Shown here: positions 23,466 to 35,379 of the stretch, one piece after another | Layout: the number at the start of each line of letters is the position of its first letter | Position numbering within the stretch: the first letter of the stretch is position 1 | NCBI RefSeq assembly: GCF_006345805.1 | Contig: NC_043011.1 | Location: 13,280,464 to 13,344,463, forward strand | DNA length: 64,000 nt | Direction: 5' to 3' | From: Octopus sinensis | Lineage: Eukaryota | Program-made: the position numbers and the translations under genes | Notes under the pieces: generated by a model | What the model was told of the DNA's origin: nothing | Database searches by the model: none | Seen by the model: only the letters and a program-made list of their open reading frames with translations

Positions 23466-26290
23466 GGGTATTCTCTTGATGTTATTGATAAACACATAAC
23501 ATGAAAGTGAGGATTTACCAAGGTTAATGAGAGAACACAGACTCCTGATGTAGTATTATGTGACACATCTCTATTGTGGTAGCTTGAAAAAGAAAGAAGT
23601 CTTAAAGACACATTAGTTAATAATATTTTAGATACCCTAAAAATGGAATGGTCATGATGGGAATGTCATTGATCATCTGTTTACTCAAGATGACTGAAAT
23701 CTAAGTAACAACTGGCTGCAAGAAGATAGTAAAATGGTTATGATTACAATTAATTCATCTTCAAGTTCCAAAAATACTGTTTGGAAATTCAATGCATGCA
23801 AAACTAAAACTAATCATCAAAGGACAAATATAATTTTTTTTTATTGACTAAGAAGGAACATAACCTTTAAAGGTCCTCCTCCCAGACTAGTGAAATTGAT
23901 GTGGTTGATCTTCAGTTATGACTTCTGTGAGTTTGGCACAGCTAAGAAAAATGCGAGTAAACATGGGAATTTCTATGTGGGTGGTTGAGATCAGCTACAA
24001 ACCCCACTCTATAGTCATAAAAAAAAGTATGCACACTGTGTAATGCAGTTGTAGATACACTATGCCCGAACAAAGAGAGAGAGAAAGATCTGCATAATCA
24101 GGGCTGATATGGTATAAAACAGCATGTGTGCAAGGAGGAGCAACAAATGCATTAACTAGTTAAAGACAGGAGTAGTCTGTAGTATGGGTAGTTCAATGGA
24201 GCAAAAGCTGTTGGAGAAAGAGAGAATAAACAGCATATCTGTGAACCAGTGGTTGCAGTGTGTTGGTGTCAATAGAATGTTTGTGTGTGTGTATGTGTGT
24301 GCATATGTAGCAGCTTGCATAGAGAAGCTTGTAGGGCAGGAGTAAAGGAGATGAGGCTATCATGTGCCCTCAACATGTTGAGGTTCTCTACTTATAGAAA
24401 CAGCTAGTCTGGCATAAGATATCTAGGTTGAGATCCAGACAAAAAAATAATCTTAGGACAAAACTCTGTTTTAAAATGCCACCTATGAAAGTGTAAAGAA
24501 GGATAAAGCCCTTGGTTAAACGTTTTATTAACAAAACATTCGTTCAGAGATTTTATTTCTAAAATACAGCAAATAGTGGAATATGTATTCAATAATAAAC
24601 ACATTAGTGTTGTGCTATATCACTGGTTATATTAAACTAAAATAAAATAATTAGTAAATTAATCATTTAATTTTTAAAATATTTTTTTGGTTATATTTGG
24701 GGGTGTTTTTTTTTTCTTTTTAAATTCTGATTACACTGTATTTGTTGAATTTTGGATTTTTTAATCGCTGGGTTTCTTGTCCTATGTGACATTTTAAACA
24801 TTCATTTTTTTTTGTCCTCGGGGATTTTGTCCTAAGAAAGGAGGTGGGGGTCCTATATTGATCTATATTGTGGGTAGGTATGTGATAGCTAACAAGTGGA
24901 AAAGAGCATCGTCTGCTTTGGGGCGTATGAGGCTAGAAGTAGCAACAGCATGTAGGTATTTAATTTACAGTAGGAATGAGAACTATTTCTGTATAAAATA
25001 TATATAATGACTAGGATTCATTGAAATTCTACTAATATACAAAAATACAGTCAACTTAATAAAAAAGATAATGATTTTAATAATAATAAGCAGTATGTTG
25101 TGTGAGGAAGTATGATCAACATCGATCTATAATCGGTTGTTGCTTGAAATCAGAGATGTTTCCTCACATCACAGCACTCTAACATTTTTCGATATTTATT
25201 CCTTTTACTAACCGAAACTTATAACTAGATGTTGACCATTAGAAGTTTTCTCGAATCTTGATTGTTCATATTCGAAGGGTCTGTTTCGTGATTATAAAAT
25301 TCCTTCATTAGAGGTGCCCCAATGACCTAATAAGGTTACAAGCAAATCAACTAAGCACTTTAAATAATCTTAATCTAGAACGTCGTCTTAAAATATAAAT
25401 CAAATATTCCTGTAGAAATTTTCAACATCTTTCATGAAATTTCTTTAAATGTATCTATCAATAAAGAAAATTCCATACATGACAAAATATCGACGAACGA
25501 CTTTTTGAACTATTTATCTCATCAGAGATAAATAGTTATATAATGGCATATATTGAAGAATGCCAGCAAACAAACATTAGATATATTTAGAGAAACTTTC
25601 GGAATACAATTCAAAAGAACTTATTTAAAGGCTTTCTATAGATGTCTAAAAGTAATAACTGCTGTAGACAACTGAATATTGGTCAGGTTAATTGTAAGAG
25701 TGCGTTAATAGCAATAACTACAAGTGCTAGAAAATGAATGACCATCAGAAAATAAGGGAATAAAATCAAATTATGTTCATGAATACAAATTAATTGCCAT
25801 AAAGCAATAGATAGAAAAAATATATATATGTAAACAGAAAGAAATGTAGCAGCTTTTTACCAGTAAATGTATCCAACAAAAGGTTTACAGTGTTTGAGAT
25901 AAACACACATTTCTAACTAAGCAGGTGATTGTCAAGGTTGCACAACCACTTTAATTACATAAGATGTAAACATAAAACAAATGGTTATTGTTTATATATT
26001 TTCGGCTTTAACACCATACTATTCATATTCATGTATCAAAGTTTAGTAATTTTGTAAAACACCCTTTAATTAATTATTCAAATTAATTCAAAAAAATTAA
26101 GGAATTTTTATTATTTATTAATAAGGAAGAACTAAAATTTGGTTAGTGTATATATACATATATATATATACACACACACACATATATATATATATACATA
26201 TAAGGGTAAAATTAATTAATTAGTAATTAATAATATTACCAAGCAGTGTTCAGTATGTAAAAGGACCATTTATGGTGAATTTAAACATTA

Positions 26291-26482
26291 TTTTATATAA
26301 TAAGGGTTTATCAAAAAAATTTACTTTACCACATACCGAAATTTTAGAAATAGCAGCCAAAGAATTTAGCTATTTCCCTTTTTCTTCTTATAGTAGGGGA
26401 AATAGCTAAATTCTTTGGCTGCTATTTCTAAAAGTTCGGTGTGTGGTAAAGTACATTTTTTGATGAAACCTTATTATATAAA
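26291..26482. repeat. Foldback repeat with arms of about 87 bp and an 18-nt spacer
   Basis: The inner 37 bp are perfectly complementary. Confidence 0.95.
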
Positions 26483-26483
26483 G

Positions 26484-26538
<55 letters not shown>

Positions 26539-26689
26539 GTGTGTGTATGTATATATATGTGTGTGTGTGTGTATGTATATATATGTGTGTGTGTGTGTAT
26601 GTATATATATATGTGTGTATGTATGTATATGTATGTGTATATATATGAATGTGTGTGTATGTTAAACGTAAATATATAATCGAACCTGC

Positions 26690-27118
26690 TGGAGAATTAA
26701 ATATAAAAGAATAGACACACCATTAGCAGCAAGTGACACCGACCTGTGCTCACCCCGAAACACGAGTTTCCGGTGGAAAATACCCGTTTTCGCGATTATT
26801 TACCCGCAATCTCTAATTCAAGCGCAAACGAAATATAATTCTTTATTCAGAAATGTTAAAATTTTAAGTATTAATTAAATCGAAAAAAAAATCTATTAAG
26901 GAAAAAAATATTCTGACATCTGTCAGATTCTATTATCTTCCGGAAATAACGCACTCCAGATGTTTATTCTATCTAAAAATTATCTAAATAATCGTTTTAT
27001 GGTTCAGTAGTATGATGCAATTTTTTTTTTTGAGGGGAAAAATTAATTTTAGCCAATTATATAATATTTAGAAATATCTGTGGAAATAAGTTCTTTATTA
27101 ACTGCGGCTTTCTAGTCC
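26690..27118. promoter_or_regulatory. Putative bidirectional promoter and first-exon region shared by SLC25A44 (-) and ACO1 (+)
   Basis: Local CpG cluster in a CpG-poor window (ccccgaaacacgag, ttccggtgg, ttttcgcgatt, cttccggaaat); ETS-like CCGGAA motifs near 26770 and 26940; minus-strand donor candidates GGG|GTGAGC (26753) and CAG|GTCGGT (26743); ACO1 first coding exon lies immediately downstream. Confidence 0.5.
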
Positions 27119-27137
27119 ATGGCTAGCATCTGTGACC

Positions 27138-27165
27138 ATGGCTTGCAGCAATGACGGACATGTGG
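27138..27165 (+). CDS. ACO1: ACO1/IRP1 putative first coding exon (MACSNDGHV + G)
   Basis: Strong Kozak context gaccATGG; donor GG|GTAAGT at 27166; phase 1 matches the next exon (G+AT = Asp). The assignment across a 25-kb intron is inferred. Confidence 0.65.
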
Positions 27166-27699
27166 GTAAGTTATCAATGTTATCTACCTCAATATTTTAT
27201 TCTTATTTATGTATCTAGATTACTCTTTGTTTATCTGGATAATTAACTGATACGTGGACATTAATTAGCCGTGATCGTTCTATTTACTGGTGCTCTCTTA
27301 CTGCCTTGTTCTCTTTGCTGCTTCTGTGTATGGACACAAATCGAGGGTTTATAGCCATGGAAGAGTGAAAATCAAATCTAGTTTGTCGTAGTTAAAGCCA
27401 AGGTTATCATTATCTTATCAGAATAAATAATAAATAATAATAATCGAAATCAAACAAAACAGCAACTGACATCACTTCGCCTTTAAACTGCAATTATCTC
27501 CGCGCAATATATATATATATGTATATATAATTAGAAGAAATGAGGTGCTCAGAAAATCGGATGGTTTTATATTTACATATATTTATTTGTATATTACGTG
27601 TTTTTATACATCATATAACTTAGATCATATATTAGCGCTTTCTCCCATTCTAGTGGGGTTTTCAAATCAAACTAAGTTACACATATATATATTTATATA

Positions 27700-27703
27700 A
27701 GCT

Positions 27704-27739
<36 letters not shown>

Positions 27740-27972
27740 ATATATGTGTGTGTGTATATATATATATGTGTGTGTATATATATATGTGTGCGTATATATA
27801 TGTGTGTATATATATATGTGTGTATATATGTGTGTATATATATATGTGTGTGTATATATATATATATATGTGTGTGTATATATATATATGTGTGTGTGTG
27901 TATATATATATATATGTGTGTGTATATATATATGTGTGTGTATATATATATGTGTGTGTATATATATATATA

Positions 27973-28017
<45 letters not shown>
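27700..28017. repeat. Compound (TA)n/(TG)n microsatellite
   Basis: Visible directly. Similar tracts at 700-790, 2795-3030, 26485-26660, 32240-32290, 37705-37768, 47775-48120, 60745-61040 and 61790-61870; (CT)n at 56650-56720; (ATT)n at 19858-19922. Confidence 0.98.
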
Positions 28018-28020
<3 letters not shown>

Positions 28021-29780
28021 TGTTATTGAAGCCCCCTCCTCCACCTTAACCATACATTTCCACTCTTATACGTCGTCTAATCGTCCAAGAAGCACTATTT
28101 GTGTTCGTATTATTGAATCTAAATAACGACAGAAGTGGTTTATTAGAAGATCTGCAAGAATATCTCCAGAAATCTCTAATTACGTTGTTTCTTTCATATT
28201 CTATGATTAATTCTTTCTGACGAACGGAAGCCAGTTTTCGTCTTTATATTATTTAATATGCAAAACAGATTTTGTCTGTTTTAACATTGCACAATCTAAT
28301 AAAATTATTGATCACTTTATTAATGAAATTCGTTCATGGAACAATTTACATTTTGTTTTTAATACACATTTAATCCTAACTCAAGTTAGATTTTGTTTTG
28401 TGTTTAGCAACCTTTCCTTTGCCAATTATTAATTTTGTTTTAATTACTAAAATTTCGAGAGCATTCGGAGTTGTTTTAATTGAAATTAATTAGAACATCA
28501 GTAATTTTTTTGTTGTAACTTACATCTTTGATTTCATTTAGATAATTGTTATTTAAAGTTAGCTTTTTTGTTTTGTAGATGAGCTGATTAAAATAACACC
28601 CACCCAAACTGATTCGATATATTTATTAAATGATGTTCTCTTATAGTGAAACGTAGGCGAATTTTATTAACTGTGTTGTGACAAATGATATTTCTTCAGA
28701 GCAAATGTCGTTCCTTGATAGAATTTGGATAATCTCTTTTAGTTTGATATTTTGTATATTTTTTAATATTTCTTCCCAATCACGTGAATTTTCACATAAT
28801 TCAATTTGTGTCTCCAATTAAGTAATATGAACAAAGACTCTTTTCAACTAGGAAAGAAATAACGAAGTTATATGATACCAAGGAAGAGAAAAGTATAGCT
28901 TGTAATATTTTTAAGCTGTTGTGTGGTGATTGTGGGTCATGTTCGTATACACAAACAGAGAAGTTATTCTTAACAGACTAATCCCTTCGCAATGGCTTCC
29001 ATAGGGACCGATGCACGGCTTCACAAGAAAGGCAAAAAACTACAACAGGAACTGTTCATTTCAAAACACAATTAAGTGGGGACTTTAGTTGGGTTTTCTC
29101 AGCAAGTAGCCCAAATTAGCAAATCTTTTATACCAGTAATGCGCGGAGATGCTATTATCAATTCTCGCGCGATGGCACCAGGTTGCATGGCAGCTCTTAC
29201 ATAATTTAATAACGTTTGTCATTTGAGTGACAACACGATAGGATGGAAACAGTGGTACAAGTCCTTATGAATTTTTAACTTGAGACGAACCTGTCTATCA
29301 AGTAAAGGCTTCAGCTCTCCACAAATCTTGGTTCAGAACTGACCTTTGAATTTCAGAAAGCTGATGACTACTCCAGCCCCCGACACTGTGGATTCCCTGC
29401 AAAACATGAGCTTAGTAGCTTATAAAAGAATAGGTCTTATACTTAAGGTTCAGGAAATATATATATATATAATCATCATCATCGTTTAACGTCCGTTTTC
29501 CATGCTAGCATGGGTTGGACGGTTCAACTGGGGTCTGGGAAGCCAGGGGCTGCACCAAGCTCCAGTCTGATCTGGCAGTGTTTCTACAGCCGGATGCCTT
29601 TCCTAACGCCGGCACAGGACATCATAAAACGTACAACACAAAGTACGAGTACATGGAATATGAACTATTTTTTCAAACAACGAAAGACACAAATGGAAAG
29701 CAAGACAAACAACATAAAGAATGACCCTTCATCAGTTGTTGGCTGTTTTTCTACTCTCGTATTTCGAGCATTTAACAACA

Positions 29781-30165
29781 ACTAGCAGTATCGCCCGGCG
29801 TTGCTCAGGTTTGTAAGGGAAATAACTATAAAGCATTTTTAGAGAGTTATAGCCAAAAAATAGCAAAAAAATGGAAAAAATGATGGTAAATTTTTTTTTG
29901 AGATTTAAAAAAGGTAGAGTTGCGTCCCCTAGACAGTTTGTGGTTCGTATTCCTAATTCTCGACCCCATGTCGAATTTATCGATTTTTTCAGAACTGGGG
30001 GAACTTTTCAAAATTTTCGCTGCGTTAGTTTTGAATTATGACATTGGGCTATGTGTGTGTCAAGTTTCATCAGAATCGGTTGAAAGCCGTGGTCAGGGTG
30101 AGGGTACAAGCAAACAGACACACAGAAACACGCACAGACAAACTGCCGTTTATATAGAGAGAGAT
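29781..30165 (+). mobile_element. Non-autonomous Helitron-like element
   Basis: Starts ACTAGCAGTATCGCCCGGCGTTG, ends (CA)n...GCCGTTTATATAGAGAGAGAT followed by AT; no TSD. Confidence 0.7.
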
Positions 30166-30694
30166 ATCCGCTTTCGATAAAACATTTGCTCCCGCAAAGC
30201 AAATTAAATAAAATTGGGCTTTTGTGGAGGGTCAAAATTGGTAACACAAACGAGAAAGGCTGCTAAGACTAAATGAGGTTGTGGTGGCGAACATGTATAT
30301 CAAGCTTTGACAGGAGACAGACAAGAACACTTCTTCCTTGTTCCAGCCAAAGTGGAGAAGAAAGATGGCTGATGGTCACATGAGTGAGGGAGAGAGAGTG
30401 ACAGAGGAATAGGATAGAATAGTGGGAGAAGAGGAAGTAAAAGAATAAGAGAGAGAAAAAGCACCATCCAAACATGGTTGATGCCAGGACCGCCTGACTG
30501 GCTCCTGTGCTGGTGGCATGTAAAAGGCACCCACTACACTCTCAGAGTAGTTGGCATTTGGAAGGGCATCCAGATCAGATTGGAGCCTGGTGCAGCCGTT
30601 GGCTCTCCAGACCCCAGTCAAACTGTGTAACCCATGCCAGCATGGAAAACGGACGTTAATCAATGATGATATATATATATATATATGTACTTAT

Positions 30695-32228
30695 GTCATC
30701 ATCATCATTGTTTAATATCTGCTTTCCATGCTAACATGGGTTGGACAATTTGAGGACTGGCAAACCAGATGGTTGCTGCAGGCTCCCTTCTGATCTGGCA
30801 GAGTTTCTACAGCTGGATGCCCTTCCTAATGCCAATCACTCCGGGAGTGTAGTGGGTGCCTTTACGTGCTACCAGCACGAGGGCCAGTCAGGTGGTACTG
30901 GCAACAACCACACTCAAATGGTGTTTTTTACATGCCACTTGCACAGGAGCCAATCCAGCGGCACTGGCAACGACCTCGCTTGAATGTTTTTTCACGTGCC
31001 AGTAAGGTGACGCTGGTAATGATCATGCTCGAATGGTGCTTTTTATGTGCCACCGGCACAGAAGCCAGTCAGCTGCTCTGGCAACGATCACGCTCGGATG
31101 GTGCTCTTAGCGCTCCACTAGTATGAATGCCAGTCGACGAATTTGATTTTGATTTCACTTGCCTCAACATGTCTTTGCAAGCAGAGTTTAGTGTCCAATG
31201 AAGGAAAGGTATGCATAAGTGGGCTAGTTACATCCCTGGCATAGGCCATGGGTTATGGTCTCACTTGGCTTGCCGTGTCTTCTCAAGCACAGCATATCTC
31301 CAAAGGTCTCGGTCACTAGTCATTTCCTCGGTGAAGCCTAATGTTCAAAGGTCATGCTTCACCACCTCATCCCAGGTCTTCTTGGGTCTACCCCTTCGAC
31401 AGGTTCCCTCAACCGCAGTCGTCTCTCTTGCACACCACATCTGATGCTTCTTAGGTCCAACTTTTCTCTCAAGGTACTTACACTCTGTCGAGTATAATCC
31501 GTCGGATCATACTGGCTTCATTCCTTGCAAGGCTACGCATGTCCTCAGCAGTCACGGCCCATGTTTCACTGCCATGTAACATGGCTGTTTGTACACATGC
31601 ATCATACAGTCTACCTTTTACTCAGAGCAAGAGGCCCTTTGTCACCAGCAGAGGTAAGAACTTTCTGAACTTTGCCCAGGCTATTCTTATTCTAGCAGCT
31701 ACACTTTCAGAGCACCCTCCCCTGCTACTGACTTGTTCACCTAGGTAACGGAAGCTATCAACTACTTCTAGTTTTTCTCCCTGGAATGTGCCAGAAGCTG
31801 TTCTCTGCATATTTTCAGTGTTTATTGCTCCTGAGCATCTGCCACATACAAAAACTGTCTTCTCAGTTAGCCTTCCTTTGATATTGCTGCACCTCTTATG
31901 TGTCCATAGCTTACACTGGGTACATCTTATAGAGTTTCTACCTACGCCTTTTCTACAGATCAAGCAGGGCCATCTACCTGAAGGGATTTGTATTTTACCT
32001 GCCTTCCTACACTTATTAAGACTTTGGTTTTAGCTAGGTTGATTCTAAGGCCCTTTGATTCTAATCCTTGTTTCCACACCTGAAATTTCTCTGCTAGTTC
32101 TGATAGTAACTCAGCAATTAGAGCAAGGTCGTCAGCATAGGGGCATCCTGACCTGAATTCCTCTTTTATTGCCTGGAGGACTATGAAAAATAGGAGTAGG
32201 CTGAGGACTGAACCTTGGTGGACCCCTA
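30695..32228 (-). mobile_element. RTE-clade LINE 3' portion: degenerate RT to C-terminus, contiguous with the family-A 3' UTR
   Basis: GVHQGSVLS, YADDL, CxxC region (IRCTQCKLWTHKRCS), DSFRYLG, RGRPKKTW; stops and frameshifts present. Confidence 0.9.
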
Positions 32229-32237
32229 TGTACTTAC

Positions 32238-32288
<51 letters not shown>

Positions 32289-32289
32289 C

Positions 32290-32565
32290 ATATATTTTTT
32301 TCTGTAGTTTCAACAGTCGTGCTGGGGCACTGCCGTTTTGCTACACTGTTATTATTGAGAGCCTCCTCTAATATGTGGCATTTGGTGAATAAAGGAGTTT
32401 GGTGTTGTTACCTTCATTTGTACCTCTTGCCGTGAGCTAGGTTTAACTGGGACCCTCGACAGGAAGAGGTCCAGTTTTGATTTGAAAACACCTACATCCA
32501 CTTTGTGTAGGTTCCTCAGGCTCCTTGGGAGAATATCAAAAACTGGGAATTGGCTTTGCTTCAAA
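32290..32565 (-). mobile_element. 3' fragment of a related CR1/L2-group LINE
   Basis: FDILPRSLRNLHKVDVGVFKSKLDLFL; 3' UTR carries the GTGCCCCAGCA motif. Confidence 0.75.
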
Positions 32566-34520
32566 AGGATATCCTCACCATTGGATAGATTGTTATTCTT
32601 GGTATCATAACAATTTCATTTCTGAAAGCAGCAGTGTTGGTTCTTGCTACTATGAGATTGGTGTGCAGTTCTTCCACGATCATATGCATCCCATTACAAA
32701 GCCTTGGAGGATTCAGGCTTCTCTTTAGAATTATGGGCAATGTTTTTCTCAGTTGCAGCTTAGGTGGTGGCAGTCCTGATAGTTCAATCGAATCAATGAA
32801 TTCAGTTGGGAAATGAGTGGTATTGGCACCATCATGCACAGAATTATAGGATCGGTACTCTTTTATGATTTTGAGGAAGCATCTGATACAGGTGGAATTG
32901 ATGCTTCTCATCATTTGAATGACAGGTACTAAGATTCAATTTTTTGCAAATGCTTCACCTGGATTGTCAAATGAGGGGTAGATGAAGTCAATACATTCTT
33001 CCATAGCTGTTGCTTGGAGAACCATTTCTTTTGGCAAAATAACTTCATTTTAATTTTTTTGTGGGGATCTTCTCCAATATCCAATAGAAACTGTGAATAG
33101 TCCTCTGCTCCCTCACTCAATCGCAGGTTTGTCTTCAACTGAAATTTTTGAAGCTTCACCATAAGTATGAGTTTGTAATGCAGGCATTTTCTACATCCAC
33201 ACCATTTCCCCTTTTCACTACTGGTAGAAGCTGACAGAAATTGCCACAGCAAATTGTCAAAATGCCACCGACTGGCTCATTGCTGTCGCAAATGTCACGT
33301 AGCGTAAGGTCACTAGCTTCAAAGCTTTCCCTCCGAATCATCGGACACTCATCCCAAACAATCAGCTTTGTATGCCGGAAGAGCTTTGCTGTATTTGAGT
33401 TTTCATCAATGTGCATAGACCATTTTCTTTCACTACCATCGGTATTTTGAACCTAGAATGTGCCATTCTTCCACCAGGCATCAGTGTTGCGGCAATGCCA
33501 GAACAATAGCCACATCGCTGTTTCCCCTGACTTTTGAAAGGATTAAGCTGATCAGGAATGTCTTTCCTGTTCCACTTGGAACATCATTGCATCTGTATTG
33601 ATTTTCTGTGTTCTTCTGTAAACTGTTACAAAGTTGTACATGTCTTGTTGCTCTCTATTCAATAAATGCTCCCCCTTTTCTACAAATCATTGCTGCTCTT
33701 CTCTGCTGTATTGCAACTCATGCAATAATTCCAAATTGCCAGTATCCTGATGAGTGACAATATTATTTGGCATTGGTAAGTTAAAAGTCAGTAAGTCTTT
33801 TACCCAGGTCATTAAGTTTGTCTTGAAAATACAGAACACATTGATCATAATGTCTCTTGCTGATCAATAGGTAAATGTTTCTGGTAGCCTTCTTTAGATT
33901 TGAAGGTAATCCTCAGCAAATTCCTAAATCGAGCCCATAAGCTTTGGAATTGTTAATTTCCATATTTGTGGAAGATGCTGAGTGAACACAGTTGATCAGT
34001 ACTAAATAAATTGTGAAGTTCCTTGGCTAAGGGCTGCAGATTCCCCAGCCTGACTTTTCCACTCGTATAGCAAGAGTTAGCAGTTTCACCATGAAATGGC
34101 ATTGCATGACAATAGACACAGATCTTATTCATCTGTCCAACATCAGCAGATAGATCATGTTGTTTGAACTGTCCATGGTATATTCATAATGGTTTGTCGG
34201 GAAAGACATTCAGGTCTGTGAATGTCTGAATCATGCTCTCTTCTGCTTCTGTCTCTTTCCCTCTGTACTGCCATACCTTCAGCTGTCCGAGCATCTGAAT
34301 CATGCTCTCTTCTGCTTGTGTCTCTTTCCCTCTGTTCTGCCATACCTTCAGCTGTCCGAGCATCTGATTCATGCTGCCTCCTGCTTCTGTCTCTTTCTCT
34401 CTGTTCTGCCAGACACTCAGCTCTCTGAGCATCCAATTCATTATGTTGCCTGCTTAGCTGCGTTCTCTTTGGATTATCTATAGACCAACCAGACGTTTTC
34501 CTTCTTCCTTGTCGAGACAT
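32560..34520 (-). mobile_element. Degenerate, internally deleted Helitron (PIF1 helicase remnants plus repetitive N-terminus)
   Basis: KLIVWDECPM...ASDLTLRDI, GNFCQLLPVV, FLLDIGE, SGLPPPKLQLR...RSLNPPRLCNG...MIPRI; N-terminal R/E-rich repeats at 34155-34520. Confidence 0.88.
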
Positions 34521-35054
34521 TTTGTAAGAATAGGATACCTCAATAAATATTCTTTTTTAAATCAGCTTAACTTACGGAATGAAAATGGTTGTTGTAGGCA
34601 AAGAGAAATAGAACGTCAGAATAAATGGAAGAAATACAAGTTAAAACAAATAAGAACACTTAGATGGATAGACAGATACATAGAAATAAGGTTGTAAAAA
34701 ATGAAAATCTTATCTTGAATCTGGAATTGTTGTTGTACATCACAAAGACATGTGTAGTGTTATTGTTACCACCACCTGTGGTGGTTCTAGGGCAGGGCGT
34801 GCTAGAAATAGCAGCCAAATCTTTCAAGGTGAGATACGTTGAATGCACTGGAAAGAATCCTATAGGGAAGAACTATTTCACACCAAGGTTATGAATGGAT
34901 CTTTTATAAAATATTTACCGTATTTTCAAAGTCATTTTCACTTTAAAATATTTAAATTTCAGGATTGTTATTTTCAGGGTATTTTCCCATTATGTACCAG
35001 TTTGGCTGGGTAACATTGCAAGCAAGAAAGCAAGATTCAAACTGACTTTTAATG

Positions 35055-35093
<39 letters not shown>

Positions 35094-35342
35094 TGTGTGA
35101 GTTGTCTAAGAGACCATAGTCAGGAAGAAGATGCACTTGTATATCTATCTATATCTTTATTCACACACATACATACTCTTCCCTTTGCCAACCTTTACCT
35201 GTTAACGAACAAAGAAAAATTTTGTCATGGCTCAACATGTTTTTTCGCTGAAGACTGAAAATGAACAACATTAATTGTATGTTGGTGATGCTCTTTACAA
35301 CCATTGTGTGATGTCAAGACAAAGATACACACACACACAGGC

Positions 35343-35379
<37 letters not shown>

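Noticed and set aside
26950-27165. Iron-responsive element in the ACO1 or SLC25A44 UTRs
   Set aside because: No CAGUGN loop with a 5-bp upper stem and C bulge on the transcribed strands that I checked.
27667-28126. Long ORFs made of YI/CV/HT repeats (also 47804-48265 and 60626-61042)
   Set aside because: Translations of (TA)n/(TG)n microsatellites.
29700-29780. CTGATGA and CGAAA on the minus strand, a possible type II hammerhead
   Set aside because: Position 16.1 is not U and no stem I can form.
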